A stretch of DNA of 32,000 nt, taken from positions 1-32,000 of the forward strand of contig NZ_JBHSTI010000003.1 of assembly GCF_042660085.1 (NCBI RefSeq). Direction: 5' to 3'. Within the stretch, counting starts at the first letter, position 1; each line of letters opens with the position of its first letter. A model generated the notes under the pieces. The model saw only the letters and a list, made by a program, of their open reading frames with translations. It searched no databases and had not been told where the DNA came from. This stretch comes from Longivirga aurantiaca. Lineage in GTDB: Bacteria > Actinomycetota > Actinomycetes > S36-B12 > CAIYMF01. Made by a program: the position numbers and the translations under genes. Below are positions 7,369 through 16,906 of this stretch, one piece after another.

Positions 7369-10077
7369 ATGGGCACGACCACGGTTCTCACGTGGCCCCT
7401 CGTCGGACGTACCGCCGACCTCGAGCGCATCGTCTCCGCCCTCGCCGACGACTCCGTCCGGGTCGTCCACCTCGTCGGCGACGCCGGCACCGGCAAGTCC
7501 CGCCTCGCCGAGGAGGCCCTGCGCGGCGCCGAGCTCGACGGCTACCCCGTCGCCCACGTCGCCGCCTCCGAGGCGGCGGCCGTCGTCCCCCTGTCGGCGC
7601 TGTCGCCCCTGCTGCCTTCCGGTACGTCGCCCGCGCTCGACCCGGGCGCCGTCCTCGACAGCGTCGTCGACCATGTCCGCGAGCTCGGGGACGGCGCCCG
7701 CGTGGTGGTGCACGTGGACGACATCGACCAGCTCGACGTCGTGTCGGCCGACCTCCTGGCCCGGCTCTGGCGCGACGGGCTCGTGGCCGTCGTGGCCACG
7801 CAGCGCACCGGCACCGCGACCCCGGGCGTGCTGATGACCGAGCAGCGCCGCGGCGGAGTCCTGCGCATCGATCTCGGCGACCTGCCGCGCCCGTCGGCCT
7901 CCTCGCTCCTGCACCACGTGCTGCGCGGGCCCGTCTCGGCGGGCGCCGAGCACGCGCTCTGGGACGTCGCGCAGGGCAACCCGCTCTACCTGCGCGAGCT
8001 GGTCACGAGCGCGGTCCTCGCCGACAGGCTCGCGCCGGTGGACGGCGTGTGGGTGCTCGACGGCGCCCTCGACGTGAGCGGAGGCCTCGCGGGGCTCGTC
8101 GCCGAACGCATCGGGCACCTCGACGCCGACGAGCGCGACCTGGTCGAGCTGCTCGCCCTCTGCGCCCCCCTCGGCGTGGACGAGCTCGCCGCGCACGCCC
8201 GGCTCGACGTCCTCGAGTCGCTCGAGGCCGGCGGCGTCATCCGTGTGAGCGCCGACCGGCGCCGTCAGCTCGTCACGCTCGCGCACCCCGTGCACGTGCA
8301 GGTGCTGCGCGGATCGCTCCCGCGGCTTAAGGCACGCCGGCTGCTGCTCGACCAGGTCGCGCGCACCGAGGCGCACGGATCCCGTCGCCGCGACGACGTG
8401 CTCCGCGTGGCCGCGTGGCGCCTCGACGCCACGGGAACGGCAGACCCGCGGCTACTCGTGGCAGGTGCCGAGCTCGCCCGCACGTCGCACGACTACCTGC
8501 AGGTCGAGCGGCTCGCGCGCGCCGCGCTGCTGCTCGAGCCCGACGCCGTCGCGAGCACGCTGCTCGGCGAGGCGCTGTACGAGCAGGGCCGGTTCGACGA
8601 GGCCGACGAGACGCTCGCCTCCGCCGCAGCGGCGCTGGGCGACGACCAGGCCTCGGGCGACGCCGTCCGGATCGCGCTCATGCACGGGATCGTGCTGTTC
8701 TTCGGGCTCGGCAGGTCCGAGGCGGCGCTCGACCGGCTCGGTGCCGCGTCGTCGGCCGTCGCAGGCGCGGGCCTCACGGACGACGAGGCGGCCGAGCGGA
8801 CGGCGGTGCTCGAGTCGATGCGGGCCCTGCTGCTCACCCAGGGCGGGCGCAGCCGTGAGGCGCTCGACGCCCTGCCCGCGGAGCCGCCGTCCGACCCGGT
8901 GATGCGCGCGGTGCACGCCCGCGCCCACGCCTGGGCCCACTACCGCACGGGCGAGGCCGAGGCCGCGGCCGAGTCCGCGCTCGCCGCCTGGGAGGCGGGG
9001 ATCCGCGAGGACGCGCCCGCCGGGCTCCTGCACCCCGCGGGCGACCTCATGGTGGCTGCCCTCGCCCACCTCGAGCTCGGCCGGCCGGAGGAGGCGCGCG
9101 CGCTCGCGGCCAAGGGCCGTGACGTCGCGATCGCCCAGGGCGTGCCCTTCCAGGCGGCGTGGCTCGCCTGGGCCGTGGCCACCGTCGACCTCGTCATGGG
9201 GTACGCCGAGGACGCCGAGGCCGCGTTCCGCGAGCTCGCGGCCACAGCCGGGCGAGGCGGCTTCGCGCAGGTGGAGCACCTCGCCGCCCTCGGGCTCACC
9301 GAGTGCCGCGCTCTCACGGGCGACGCCGCGGGTGCGCACGCCTGGTTCGACCGTGCGGAGGCGCTCCCGGCGGCGGCGCCGGCGTTCGCCCCCGCGACCG
9401 TGATGGCACGCGCGTGGCTCGCCTCGGCCGACGGCGACACCCGGCAGGCGGCGGCGCTGCTGCACGACGCCGGGCTCGAGCTGGCTGCCCGCGACGAGCT
9501 GCGCGAGGCCGCGGTGCTGCTCGACGAGGCGGTGATGTTCGGCGACCGCGATGCCGCCGAGGCCCTGCTCGTCGTGATCGACCGCGTGCCCACGCCCGTC
9601 GGGCGGGCGCGCAGGCTCCGGGCCCAGGCGCTGCTCACGGGTGCGCCGTCCGACCTCCTGGCCGCGGCCGAGGGCTTCGCCGGCTGCGGCTTCGTGCACT
9701 CCGCCGCCACGATGGCCGCGCGTGCCGCCCAGGTGCTGCGGGCCGATGGCGACCCGCGCGCGGCGGCCGCCGCCGAGGCCCAGGCGCGCGCCTGGGCCGA
9801 CCTCTCGCCGGGCATCCAGGTGGAGGGCCTCGGCTCGACCGCCGGCGCCGCGCTCCTCACGCCGCGCGAGCGCGAGATCTCCTCGCTCGTCGCACGCGGC
9901 CGCAGCAGCAAGGAGGTGGCGACCGACCTCGTGCTCTCCGTCCGCACGATCGACAACCACCTCGCCAACGTCTACGCCAAGCTCGGCATCGCGGGGCGTG
10001 CCCAGCTCGCACCGGCGCTCGGCCTGGTCGATGCGGCGACCGCCGTACCGGCCGCGAGATCCGGGAGGGACCGATGA
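7369..10077 (+). CDS. Large LuxR/LAL-type transcriptional regulator with N-terminal AAA ATPase domain
   Basis: 902 aa; Walker A GDAGTGKSRL, Walker-B-like VVVHVDDIDQL, C-terminal HTH LTPREREISSLVARGRSSKEVATDLVLSVRTIDNHLANVYAKLG. Confidence 0.93.
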   Translation: MGTTTVLTWPLVGRTADLERIVSALADDSVRVVHLVGDAGTGKSRLAEEALRGAELDGYPVAHVAASEAAAVVPLSALSPLLPSGTSPALDPGAVLDSVVDHVRELGDGARVVVHVDDIDQLDVVSADLLARLWRDGLVAVVATQRTGTATPGVLMTEQRRGGVLRIDLGDLPRPSASSLLHHVLRGPVSAGAEHALWDVAQGNPLYLRELVTSAVLADRLAPVDGVWVLDGALDVSGGLAGLVAERIGHLDADERDLVELLALCAPLGVDELAAHARLDVLESLEAGGVIRVSADRRRQLVTLAHPVHVQVLRGSLPRLKARRLLLDQVARTEAHGSRRRDDVLRVAAWRLDATGTADPRLLVAGAELARTSHDYLQVERLARAALLLEPDAVASTLLGEALYEQGRFDEADETLASAAAALGDDQASGDAVRIALMHGIVLFFGLGRSEAALDRLGAASSAVAGAGLTDDEAAERTAVLESMRALLLTQGGRSREALDALPAEPPSDPVMRAVHARAHAWAHYRTGEAEAAAESALAAWEAGIREDAPAGLLHPAGDLMVAALAHLELGRPEEARALAAKGRDVAIAQGVPFQAAWLAWAVATVDLVMGYAEDAEAAFRELAATAGRGGFAQVEHLAALGLTECRALTGDAAGAHAWFDRAEALPAAAPAFAPATVMARAWLASADGDTRQAAALLHDAGLELAARDELREAAVLLDEAVMFGDRDAAEALLVVIDRVPTPVGRARRLRAQALLTGAPSDLLAAAEGFAGCGFVHSAATMAARAAQVLRADGDPRAAAAAEAQARAWADLSPGIQVEGLGSTAGAALLTPREREISSLVARGRSSKEVATDLVLSVRTIDNHLANVYAKLGIAGRAQLAPALGLVDAATAVPAARSGRDR

Positions 10078-10478
10078 CGCCCGAGGAGATCGATCTCGTG
10101 ACGGCGAGCGCCGCGCGCGTCGCCCCGGCGCTGGGGGAGGTGTCGGCCGACTTCTACGGCCGGTTGTTCGCCGCCCACCCCGAGGTGCGCGAGATGTTCC
10201 CGGCCGACAACAGCGGCCAGGAGACGAAGTTCGCCGCCTCGATCGCGGCGATCGTCGAGGCCATGCCCGACTTCGTGGCGTTCGCCGACCGCACGGGCCA
10301 GCTCGGGCGCCTGCACGCCGCGCACCGCGTCACCGCCGGCCAGTACTCCGCCGTCGGCGCAGCCCTGCTCGAGGCGCTCGCCGGGGCCGATCCCGGCTTC
10401 GACGACGCGACGCGGGCCGCGTGGGCCACGGCGTACGACCTGCTCGCGGAGTCGATGCAGCTCGCCGCCCGCGGGTGA
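10074..10478 (+). CDS. Single-domain globin (flavohemoglobin globin-domain type)
   Basis: 134 aa from ATG at 10074 overlapping the LuxR-type stop (ATGA); B10-like FYGRLF, Q in distal region, proximal-His-like RLHAAHRVTAGQY. Confidence 0.75.
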   Translation: MTPEEIDLVTASAARVAPALGEVSADFYGRLFAAHPEVREMFPADNSGQETKFAASIAAIVEAMPDFVAFADRTGQLGRLHAAHRVTAGQYSAVGAALLEALAGADPGFDDATRAAWATAYDLLAESMQLAARG

Positions 10479-10651
10479 GGCCGGTCACCGCCGGACGACC
10501 CCGCCTGCAGGCCCCTGACCTGCGACGACGACCCTGGTCGCGCGGCCGGTCGGCTGCCGGGCCATGATCAGCCCGTTTGACAGACCGCCCCGTGGTGCCG
10601 TCAGACTCCCTGCGTACCGCGAGCGCGGTGCACCGCTAGATAAGGAGTGTC

Positions 10652-13387
10652 GTGCCCCCCAAGTCGAAGGCTGTCCGCCGTCTCGTGATCGTCGAGTCGC
10701 CGGCCAAGGCCAAGACCATCCAGGGCTACCTGGGTGACGGCTACGAGGTCGAGGCCTCGGTGGGGCACATCCGCGACCTCCCCAAGCGGGCCAGCGACAT
10801 CCCGGCCAAGTACAAGGGCGAGTCGTGGTCGCGGCTCGGCGTCGACGTCGACCACGGCTACCAGGCGCTGTACGTCGTGGACGCCGACAAGAAGACCAAG
10901 GTCGCCGAGCTGAAGAAGAAGCTCGCGGACGCCGACGAGCTCCTCCTCGCGACGGACGAGGACCGCGAGGGCGAGGCCATCGCGTGGCACCTGCTCGAGG
11001 TGCTCTCGCCGAAGGTGCCCGTGAAGCGGATGGTCTTCCACGAGATCACCAAGGACGCGATCCAGCGCGCCGCGGAGGAGACCCGCGACCTCGACCAGAA
11101 CATGGTCGACGCCCAGGAGACCCGCCGGATCCTCGACCGCCTCTATGGCTACGAGGTCTCGCCGGTCCTGTGGAAGAAGGTCATGACCGGCCTGTCCGCG
11201 GGCCGGGTGCAGTCCGTCGCCACGCGCCTCGTGGTCGACCGCGAGCGCGAGCGCATCGCGTTCCGCTCGGCGTCGTACTGGGACATCGAGGGGCTCTTCG
11301 ACCCGCAGGCGTTCACCGCCAAGCTCGTCGCGGTCGACGGCAAGCGGGTGGCGTCGGGCAAGGACTTCGACGACCGCGGCACGCTGACCCGGGCCGATGC
11401 CGCGCACCTGTCGGAGGAGGCCGCCACCTCGCTCGCGGCTGCGCTCCAGGATTCGTCGTTCGCCGTGCGCTCGGTCGAGGACAAGCCCTACAAGCGCTCG
11501 CCCGCGGCACCGTTCATGACCTCCACGCTGCAGCAGGAGGCCTCGCGCAAGCTGCGCTGGGGCGCCCAGCGCACAATGCGCGTGGCGCAGGGGCTCTACG
11601 AGCGCGGCTACATCACCTACATGCGTACCGACTCCACCACGCTGTCGGAGTCGGCCGTGCAGGCCGCGCGCCGGCAGGCGTCCGAGCTGTACGGCGCCGA
11701 CCACGTGTCGGAGGTGCCGCGCCGCTACGACCGCAAGGTGAAGAACGCGCAGGAGGCGCACGAGGCCGTGCGCCCCGCGGGCGACTCGTTCCGCACGCCG
11801 GCCGACGTCGCCGGCGAGCTGCGCGGCGACGACTTCGCGCTCTACGACCTCATCTGGAAGCGCACCGTCGCCTCGCAGATGGCCGACGCGCGCGGCCAGA
11901 CCGCCACGATCCGCCTCGGCGCCCGTGCCGCCGACGGTCGCGACGCCGAGTTCTCGGCGTCCGGCACGATCATCACGTTCCGCGGTTTCCTCGCGGCGTA
12001 CGAGGAGTCGGTCGACGACGACCGCGAGAAGGACGACGACGACGCCGAGCGCCGGCTGCCGAACGTCTCGGTCGGCGACACGATCACCGCCGTTCGGCTC
12101 GAGGCCGAGGGCCACTCGACCAACCCGCCGCCCCGCTACACCGAGGCGTCGCTGGTCAAGGCGCTCGAGGAGCGCGGCATCGGCCGCCCGTCGACGTACG
12201 CCTCGATCCTCGGCACGATCGTCGACCGCGGCTACGTCGTGAAGCGCGGGTCGGCCATGGTGCCGTCGTTCCTCGCGTTCTCGGTCGTGCGCCTCATGGA
12301 GGAGCACTTCACCCGGCTCGTCGACTACGACTTCACCGCGCGGCTCGAGGAGGTGCTCGACACGGTTGCGTCGGGCGAGACCGACCGCGTGGCCGTGCTC
12401 GACCGCTTCTACCGCGGCGACGCCGACTTCGCCGGCCTCCACCCGCTGGTGAACGACCTCGGCGAGATCGACGCGCGCGAGCTGGCGTCGTTCCCGATCG
12501 AGGGCTCGGACATCGTGCTGCGCGTCGGGCGCTACGGCCCCTACATCGAGCGCGACGGCGAGCGCGCCAACGTGCCGGCCGAGCTGGCCCCCGACGAGCT
12601 CACCGCCGAGAAGGCCGCCGAGCTCATGGCGATGCCCTCGCACGACCGCGAGCTCGGCGTCGACCCGGAGACCGGCCTCACGATCCTCGCCAAGAACGGC
12701 CGCTACGGCCCGTACGTGACCGAGGTGCTCGCCGAGGGCGCGCCCAAGTCGGCCAGGCCGCGCACGGGCTCGCTGTTCTCCGACATGTCGCTCGACACGA
12801 TCACGCTCGAGGACGCGCTGCGCCTGCTGTCGCTCCCGCGCGAGGTCGGCGCCGACCCGGCGGACGGTGTGCTGATCACGGCGCAGAACGGCCGCTACGG
12901 CCCGTACATCACCAAGGACAAGGACTCGCGCTCGCTGCCCGACGAGGCGTCGATCTTCACGATCGACCTCGACGGTGCGCTCGCGCTGCTCGCCCAGCCC
13001 AAGCAGCGTCGCGGCCAGGCCGCGGCAAAGCCCGGCATCGTGGTCGGCATCGACCCGGCGACCAACCGCGAGGTCACGCTCAAGGAGGGCCGCTTCGGCC
13101 CGTACGTGACCGACGGCGAGACCAACGCCTCGCTGCGACGCGCGGACGACCCGGCCACGATCGGCATCGAGCGCGCCGCCGACCTCCTCGCCGAGCGACG
13201 CGCCAAGGAGCCGGCGCCGAAGAAGAAGGCTGCGGCCAAGAAGACCGCCAAGAAGGCCCCGGCGAAGAAGGCGGCTGCGAAGAAGACCACCGCCAAGAAG
13301 ACGGCTGCTGCGAAGAAGATCGCAGCCACCGCCGACCCTCAGCCCCCCACCGGCGGCGGCACCACCACCACCCTCACCGTCGACTGA
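10652..13387 (+). CDS. topA: DNA topoisomerase I
   Basis: 911 aa; TOPRIM IVESPAKAKTI, ATDEDREGEAIAWHL, ITYMRTDSTTLS, Lys/Ala-rich C-terminal tail typical of actinobacterial TopA. Confidence 0.98.
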   Translation: MPPKSKAVRRLVIVESPAKAKTIQGYLGDGYEVEASVGHIRDLPKRASDIPAKYKGESWSRLGVDVDHGYQALYVVDADKKTKVAELKKKLADADELLLATDEDREGEAIAWHLLEVLSPKVPVKRMVFHEITKDAIQRAAEETRDLDQNMVDAQETRRILDRLYGYEVSPVLWKKVMTGLSAGRVQSVATRLVVDRERERIAFRSASYWDIEGLFDPQAFTAKLVAVDGKRVASGKDFDDRGTLTRADAAHLSEEAATSLAAALQDSSFAVRSVEDKPYKRSPAAPFMTSTLQQEASRKLRWGAQRTMRVAQGLYERGYITYMRTDSTTLSESAVQAARRQASELYGADHVSEVPRRYDRKVKNAQEAHEAVRPAGDSFRTPADVAGELRGDDFALYDLIWKRTVASQMADARGQTATIRLGARAADGRDAEFSASGTIITFRGFLAAYEESVDDDREKDDDDAERRLPNVSVGDTITAVRLEAEGHSTNPPPRYTEASLVKALEERGIGRPSTYASILGTIVDRGYVVKRGSAMVPSFLAFSVVRLMEEHFTRLVDYDFTARLEEVLDTVASGETDRVAVLDRFYRGDADFAGLHPLVNDLGEIDARELASFPIEGSDIVLRVGRYGPYIERDGERANVPAELAPDELTAEKAAELMAMPSHDRELGVDPETGLTILAKNGRYGPYVTEVLAEGAPKSARPRTGSLFSDMSLDTITLEDALRLLSLPREVGADPADGVLITAQNGRYGPYITKDKDSRSLPDEASIFTIDLDGALALLAQPKQRRGQAAAKPGIVVGIDPATNREVTLKEGRFGPYVTDGETNASLRRADDPATIGIERAADLLAERRAKEPAPKKKAAAKKTAKKAPAKKAAAKKTTAKKTAAAKKIAATADPQPPTGGGTTTTLTVD

Positions 13388-13404
13388 CCCCCCGCCACCT
13401 GCCC

Positions 13405-13484
13405 TTGTCGACCCTGAGGGTCGATCACGGCAGTTGAACCGCAGTTCTCGACCCCTAGGGTCGATCTAGGCAGTTCGACTGCAC
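13405..13484 (+). repeat. Two tandem 40-nt units of a palindromic repeat (TCGACCC-N3-GGGTCGA + GGCAGTT.. arm)
   Basis: 13405-13444 and 13445-13484 align without gaps; inverted third copy at 16048-16087. Confidence 0.8.
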
Positions 13485-13646
13485 GTTCTGACCCGTCCTC
13501 GTGATCTGGGTACGCCTGCAGCACCCGTGACTCCGCTCACCCGGAGGCCGTCCGCGCGTGCTCAGCGCCGCACGCCAGCACCGGTCGAGGCGGATCCGGC
13601 GTCCGGCAGCGACCCACGGACGTCCGGATCGTGCGAGGCTCACCCG

Positions 13647-14462
13647 ATGACGAGACGGATCGAGGTCGGCTGCGACTTCATCTACGACTCCGCCGTCGCC
13701 ACACCCACGATCTTCCAGGTACAGCCGTCGCCCTCGCCGGTCGTGACGCACGTGGTCGAGTCGTGGACGGCGCAGCCCACCATGGACCTCCGGTCGTACG
13801 TCGACGTCTACGGCAACCGGTGCACGCGCGTGGTGCTCCCCGCCGGCCGCTCGAGCTTCCGGTACGCCGCGGAGGTCGAGGTGCCCGACACGACCGAGGA
13901 CTTCGACCTCTACGCGCCCGAGGTCGCACCGGACGACCTGCCGGACGACGTCCTCGTCTATACGCTCCCCAGCCGCTACTGCCTCCCCGACGTGCTCGCC
14001 AACGAGGCGTGGACGCTCTTCGGCGACGTCGCCCCCGGCTACGGCCGCGTGCAGGCGATCTGCGACCACGTCAACCAGCACCTCACCTTCCAGTACGGCA
14101 GCTCCACCGCATGGTCGACCGCGGCCGACGTCAACAGCACGCGCCTCGGCGTCTGCCGCGACTACACGCACCTCGCGATCTCGTTCTGCCGCGCCCTCAA
14201 CATCCCCGCGCGGTACGTCTTCGGCTACCTGCCGGACATCGACGTCGCGGTCGAGCAGGTCGAGATGGACTTCGCCGCGTGGATGCAGGTGTGGCTCGGC
14301 GACCGCTGGTGGACGTTCGACCCGCGCAACAACGTGCGGCGCAAGGGCCGCGTGCTCATCGGCGTCGGGCGTGACGCGGCGGACGTCGCGATGGCCACGA
14401 CCTTCGGCGGCCCCATCCTCGCCTCGATGCACGTGACCGCCCGCGATATCCCGCAGCAGTAG
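13647..14462 (+). CDS. Transglutaminase-like domain protein
   Basis: 271 aa; TRLGVCRDYTHLAISFCRALNIPARYVFGY, DFAAWMQVWLGDRWWTFDPRNN (Cys/His/Asp triad context). Confidence 0.9.
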   Translation: MTRRIEVGCDFIYDSAVATPTIFQVQPSPSPVVTHVVESWTAQPTMDLRSYVDVYGNRCTRVVLPAGRSSFRYAAEVEVPDTTEDFDLYAPEVAPDDLPDDVLVYTLPSRYCLPDVLANEAWTLFGDVAPGYGRVQAICDHVNQHLTFQYGSSTAWSTAADVNSTRLGVCRDYTHLAISFCRALNIPARYVFGYLPDIDVAVEQVEMDFAAWMQVWLGDRWWTFDPRNNVRRKGRVLIGVGRDAADVAMATTFGGPILASMHVTARDIPQQ

Positions 14463-14474
14463 AGGAATCGGCTG

Positions 14475-15194
14475 CTAGGCAGACGGCACGAAGGCGACGT
14501 ACACCGAGTTGGTCGCCGCACGCTCCTGCAGCGGGTTGGGGAACTCGACGACGTCGCAGCGCACGTCGACGAACGCCGTGCGCAGCACCGCGAGGTAGTC
14601 GTCGTCGGGCGGGTCGTTCGACCACAGCGTGAAGACGCCGCCGGGCCGCAGCCGCGACGCCAGCACCCGCACGCCGTCCGCCGTGTAGAACGGCGCGTGG
14701 CTCGGGTGCAGCAGGTGCCGCGGCGAGTGGTCGATGTCGACGACGATCGCGTCGTACCGGCGTACGGGGTCCCCGGCGGAGTAGCCGCCGGATGCCGTGA
14801 GCGCGAAGAAGTCGCCGTGCAGCAGGGTGCAGCGCGGGTCGGACGCCGCGGACACGCTCACCGGCACGAGCCCGCGCTGGTGCCAGTCGATCACCGGCGC
14901 GAGCGCGTCGACCACGACCAGTGACGCCACGCGCGGGTCGTCGAGCACTGTCTGCGCGGTGTAGCCGAGGCCGAGGCCGCCCACCACCACGTCGAGCGGC
15001 CGGTCGGGCGCCGCCGCGAGGGCGAGGCGAGCCACCTCGACCTCGGCGACGGTGAACACGCTCGACATGAGGTACTCGTCGCCGAGCTTCACCTCGTAGA
15101 TGTCGTCGCCGCCGGACGGGTTGATGCGCCGCCACAGGCTGATGTCGCCCATCGGCGTGGGCACCAGGTCGAGCACCTCGAACCGAGCCGCCAC
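14475..15194 (-). CDS. Spermidine synthase-like / SAM-dependent methyltransferase-fold protein
   Basis: GGLGLGYTAQTVL motif, YDAIVVDIDHSPRHLLHP; start uncertain (GTG 15194 or ATG 15152), the longer ORF extension looks spurious. Confidence 0.75.
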   Translation of the reverse strand: MAARFEVLDLVPTPMGDISLWRRINPSGGDDIYEVKLGDEYLMSSVFTVAEVEVARLALAAAPDRPLDVVVGGLGLGYTAQTVLDDPRVASLVVVDALAPVIDWHQRGLVPVSVSAASDPRCTLLHGDFFALTASGGYSAGDPVRRYDAIVVDIDHSPRHLLHPSHAPFYTADGVRVLASRLRPGGVFTLWSNDPPDDDYLAVLRTAFVDVRCDVVEFPNPLQERAATNSVYVAFVPSA

Positions 15195-15426
15195 CGCTCT
15201 GCACCCGCCTGCTGGTCGTGCCCTGCCCGCTGCAGCGATCCGCCAGGACGTCCCGGCGCTGCCACGAGTCAACCGCACCCACGCCCTATCCACGAGTAGC
15301 CGCCCGAGTCCTCGGTCCTGGGGCGCCACACCGAGGACTGCGGCGGTTGCTCGGGGGCTCTCGCGGGGAACAATGCGCGCACGCCCGTGCGTTGACCAGG
15401 GTCCGCCGACGAAAGGACCGCAGCCC

Positions 15427-16014
15427 GTGCCGGCAGCCACCACCACAGCGCCCACCTTCGACGAGCAGGCAGCCCTCCTGCGCAGCGTCGGCGTGGGCGC
15501 CGACCTCGAGGCCCTCCGTCCGTACGCCGACAACGCAGCGGCGACCGACCCCACCCACCTGCCGTTCGTCCTGGTCGCCGGCGGCCTCGACCTCGACGCC
15601 GCGATGGCTCACGTGATCGCGAAGGGCAAGCCCGGGCGGGTCGACATGACCCCGCTGCGGCCGCACGACTTCGCGCCGATCGAGGGCACCGAGCCGCCTG
15701 CCTCGCCGTACCTCCTGCTCGACGTCGATCTCGGTGCGCGGTTCCGCAACGCGACGCCGGAGGCCGCGCTGATCGCGCTGCGTGCGGAGGGCCGTACCCC
15801 GCTGACGATCGACGAGGGAGTGAGCATGCTGCTGCAGGTGCCCGATGCGCTGCACGCGCGCACGGCGTACAGCCTGCTCGCGAGCCGCCGGGCCGACCAG
15901 CGGGTGCCCGCGCTCTGGATGTCGTACGGCGCCCCCCGGCTCGGCTGGTGCTGGGACCGCAACCCCCACACCTGGCTCGGCTCCGCGTCTGCCGCCGCCC
16001 GCATCACCGTCTGA
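15427..16014 (+). CDS. DUF5701-like conserved hypothetical protein
   Basis: 195 aa from GTG with AAAGGA upstream; RTPLTIDEGVSMLLQVP, RVPALWMSYGAPRLGWCWDRNPHTWLGSASAAAR recalled as the conserved signature of this family. Confidence 0.65.
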   Translation: MPAATTTAPTFDEQAALLRSVGVGADLEALRPYADNAAATDPTHLPFVLVAGGLDLDAAMAHVIAKGKPGRVDMTPLRPHDFAPIEGTEPPASPYLLLDVDLGARFRNATPEAALIALRAEGRTPLTIDEGVSMLLQVPDALHARTAYSLLASRRADQRVPALWMSYGAPRLGWCWDRNPHTWLGSASAAARITV

Positions 16015-16047
16015 CACGGCACCAAGATCGCGAGTGGGGGTCGAGGA

Positions 16048-16087
16048 GTGCAGTTCAACTGCCGTGATCGACCCTAGGGGTGCAGAA
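16048..16087 (-). repeat. Third (inverted) copy of the 40-nt palindromic repeat
   Basis: Reverse complement TTCTGCACCCCTAGGGTCGATCACGGCAGTTGAACTGCAC matches the 13405/13445 units. Confidence 0.8.
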
Positions 16088-16180
16088 GTGCAGCGAGGGC
16101 GGCGTGGGAGGCCGTCGTACGCCGGCCCAGCCGCCCGAGGTGCGCGGCGTTGTGTCGCTGCGGGGTCGTAGGGTGCCGGG

Positions 16181-16906
16181 GTGAGCACCGAGCCCCCCAC
16201 GAGCGCCGCGCCCACCGCTGGCGCGCTGCCGGGGCTGTTCGTGGCGTTCGAGGGTGGCGACGGCGCGGGCAAGTCGACCCAGGCGCGCGCGCTCGCCGCA
16301 GCGCTGGAAGGCGCGGGCCGCGAGGTGGTGCTCACCCGCGAGCCGGGCGGCACCCCCGCCGCCGAGGCGATCCGCGACGTCGTGCTCACGCCCCAGTACG
16401 CCGGCCTCGACGCCCGGGCCGAGGCGCTGCTGTTCGCGGCCTCGCGCGGCGAGCACGTCGCGCGCCTGGTGCGCCCCGCCCTCGAGCGCGGCGCCGTCGT
16501 CATCACCGACCGCTACCTCGACTCCTCGATCGCCTACCAGGGGATCGCCCGCGGCCTCGGCCTCGAGGTCGTGGAGCAGCTCAACCTCTGGGCCACGCGC
16601 GATCTCCTGCCCCACCTCACCGTGCTGCTCGACGTCGAGGCCGGCACGGGCCTCGACCGCGTCACCGACCCCAACCGGCTCGAGGACGAGCCGACGTCGT
16701 TCCACGCCGTCGTCGTCCAGGCGTTCCGCGACCTGGCCGCCCGTGAGCCCGGGCGCTACCTCGTGATCCCTGCGTCGGGAAGCCGCGAGGAGATCGCCGC
16801 CACCGTGCTCGCCCGAGTGCAGACCCTCCTCGCTGACACTGATCAATCCGTCGCTTCCGGGGCTGGGAAGCAGCGGATTGACCAGTCTGAGCAGGGGGTG
16901 TCATGA
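16181..16906 (+). CDS. tmk: Thymidylate kinase
   Basis: FVAFEGGDGAGKSTQ P-loop, TREPGGT, DRYLDSSIAYQG. Confidence 0.97.
   Translation: MSTEPPTSAAPTAGALPGLFVAFEGGDGAGKSTQARALAAALEGAGREVVLTREPGGTPAAEAIRDVVLTPQYAGLDARAEALLFAASRGEHVARLVRPALERGAVVITDRYLDSSIAYQGIARGLGLEVVEQLNLWATRDLLPHLTVLLDVEAGTGLDRVTDPNRLEDEPTSFHAVVVQAFRDLAAREPGRYLVIPASGSREEIAATVLARVQTLLADTDQSVASGAGKQRIDQSEQGVS

Noticed and set aside
13200-13387. Lys/Ala repeat tail of TopA as a separate unusual domain
   Set aside because: Lysine-rich C-terminal tails are a standard feature of actinobacterial topoisomerase I.
15195-15554. N-terminal extension of the spermidine-synthase-like protein
   Set aside because: Extension is antisense to the start of the DUF5701-like gene and its leader and has non-protein-like composition; family motifs begin near 15194.
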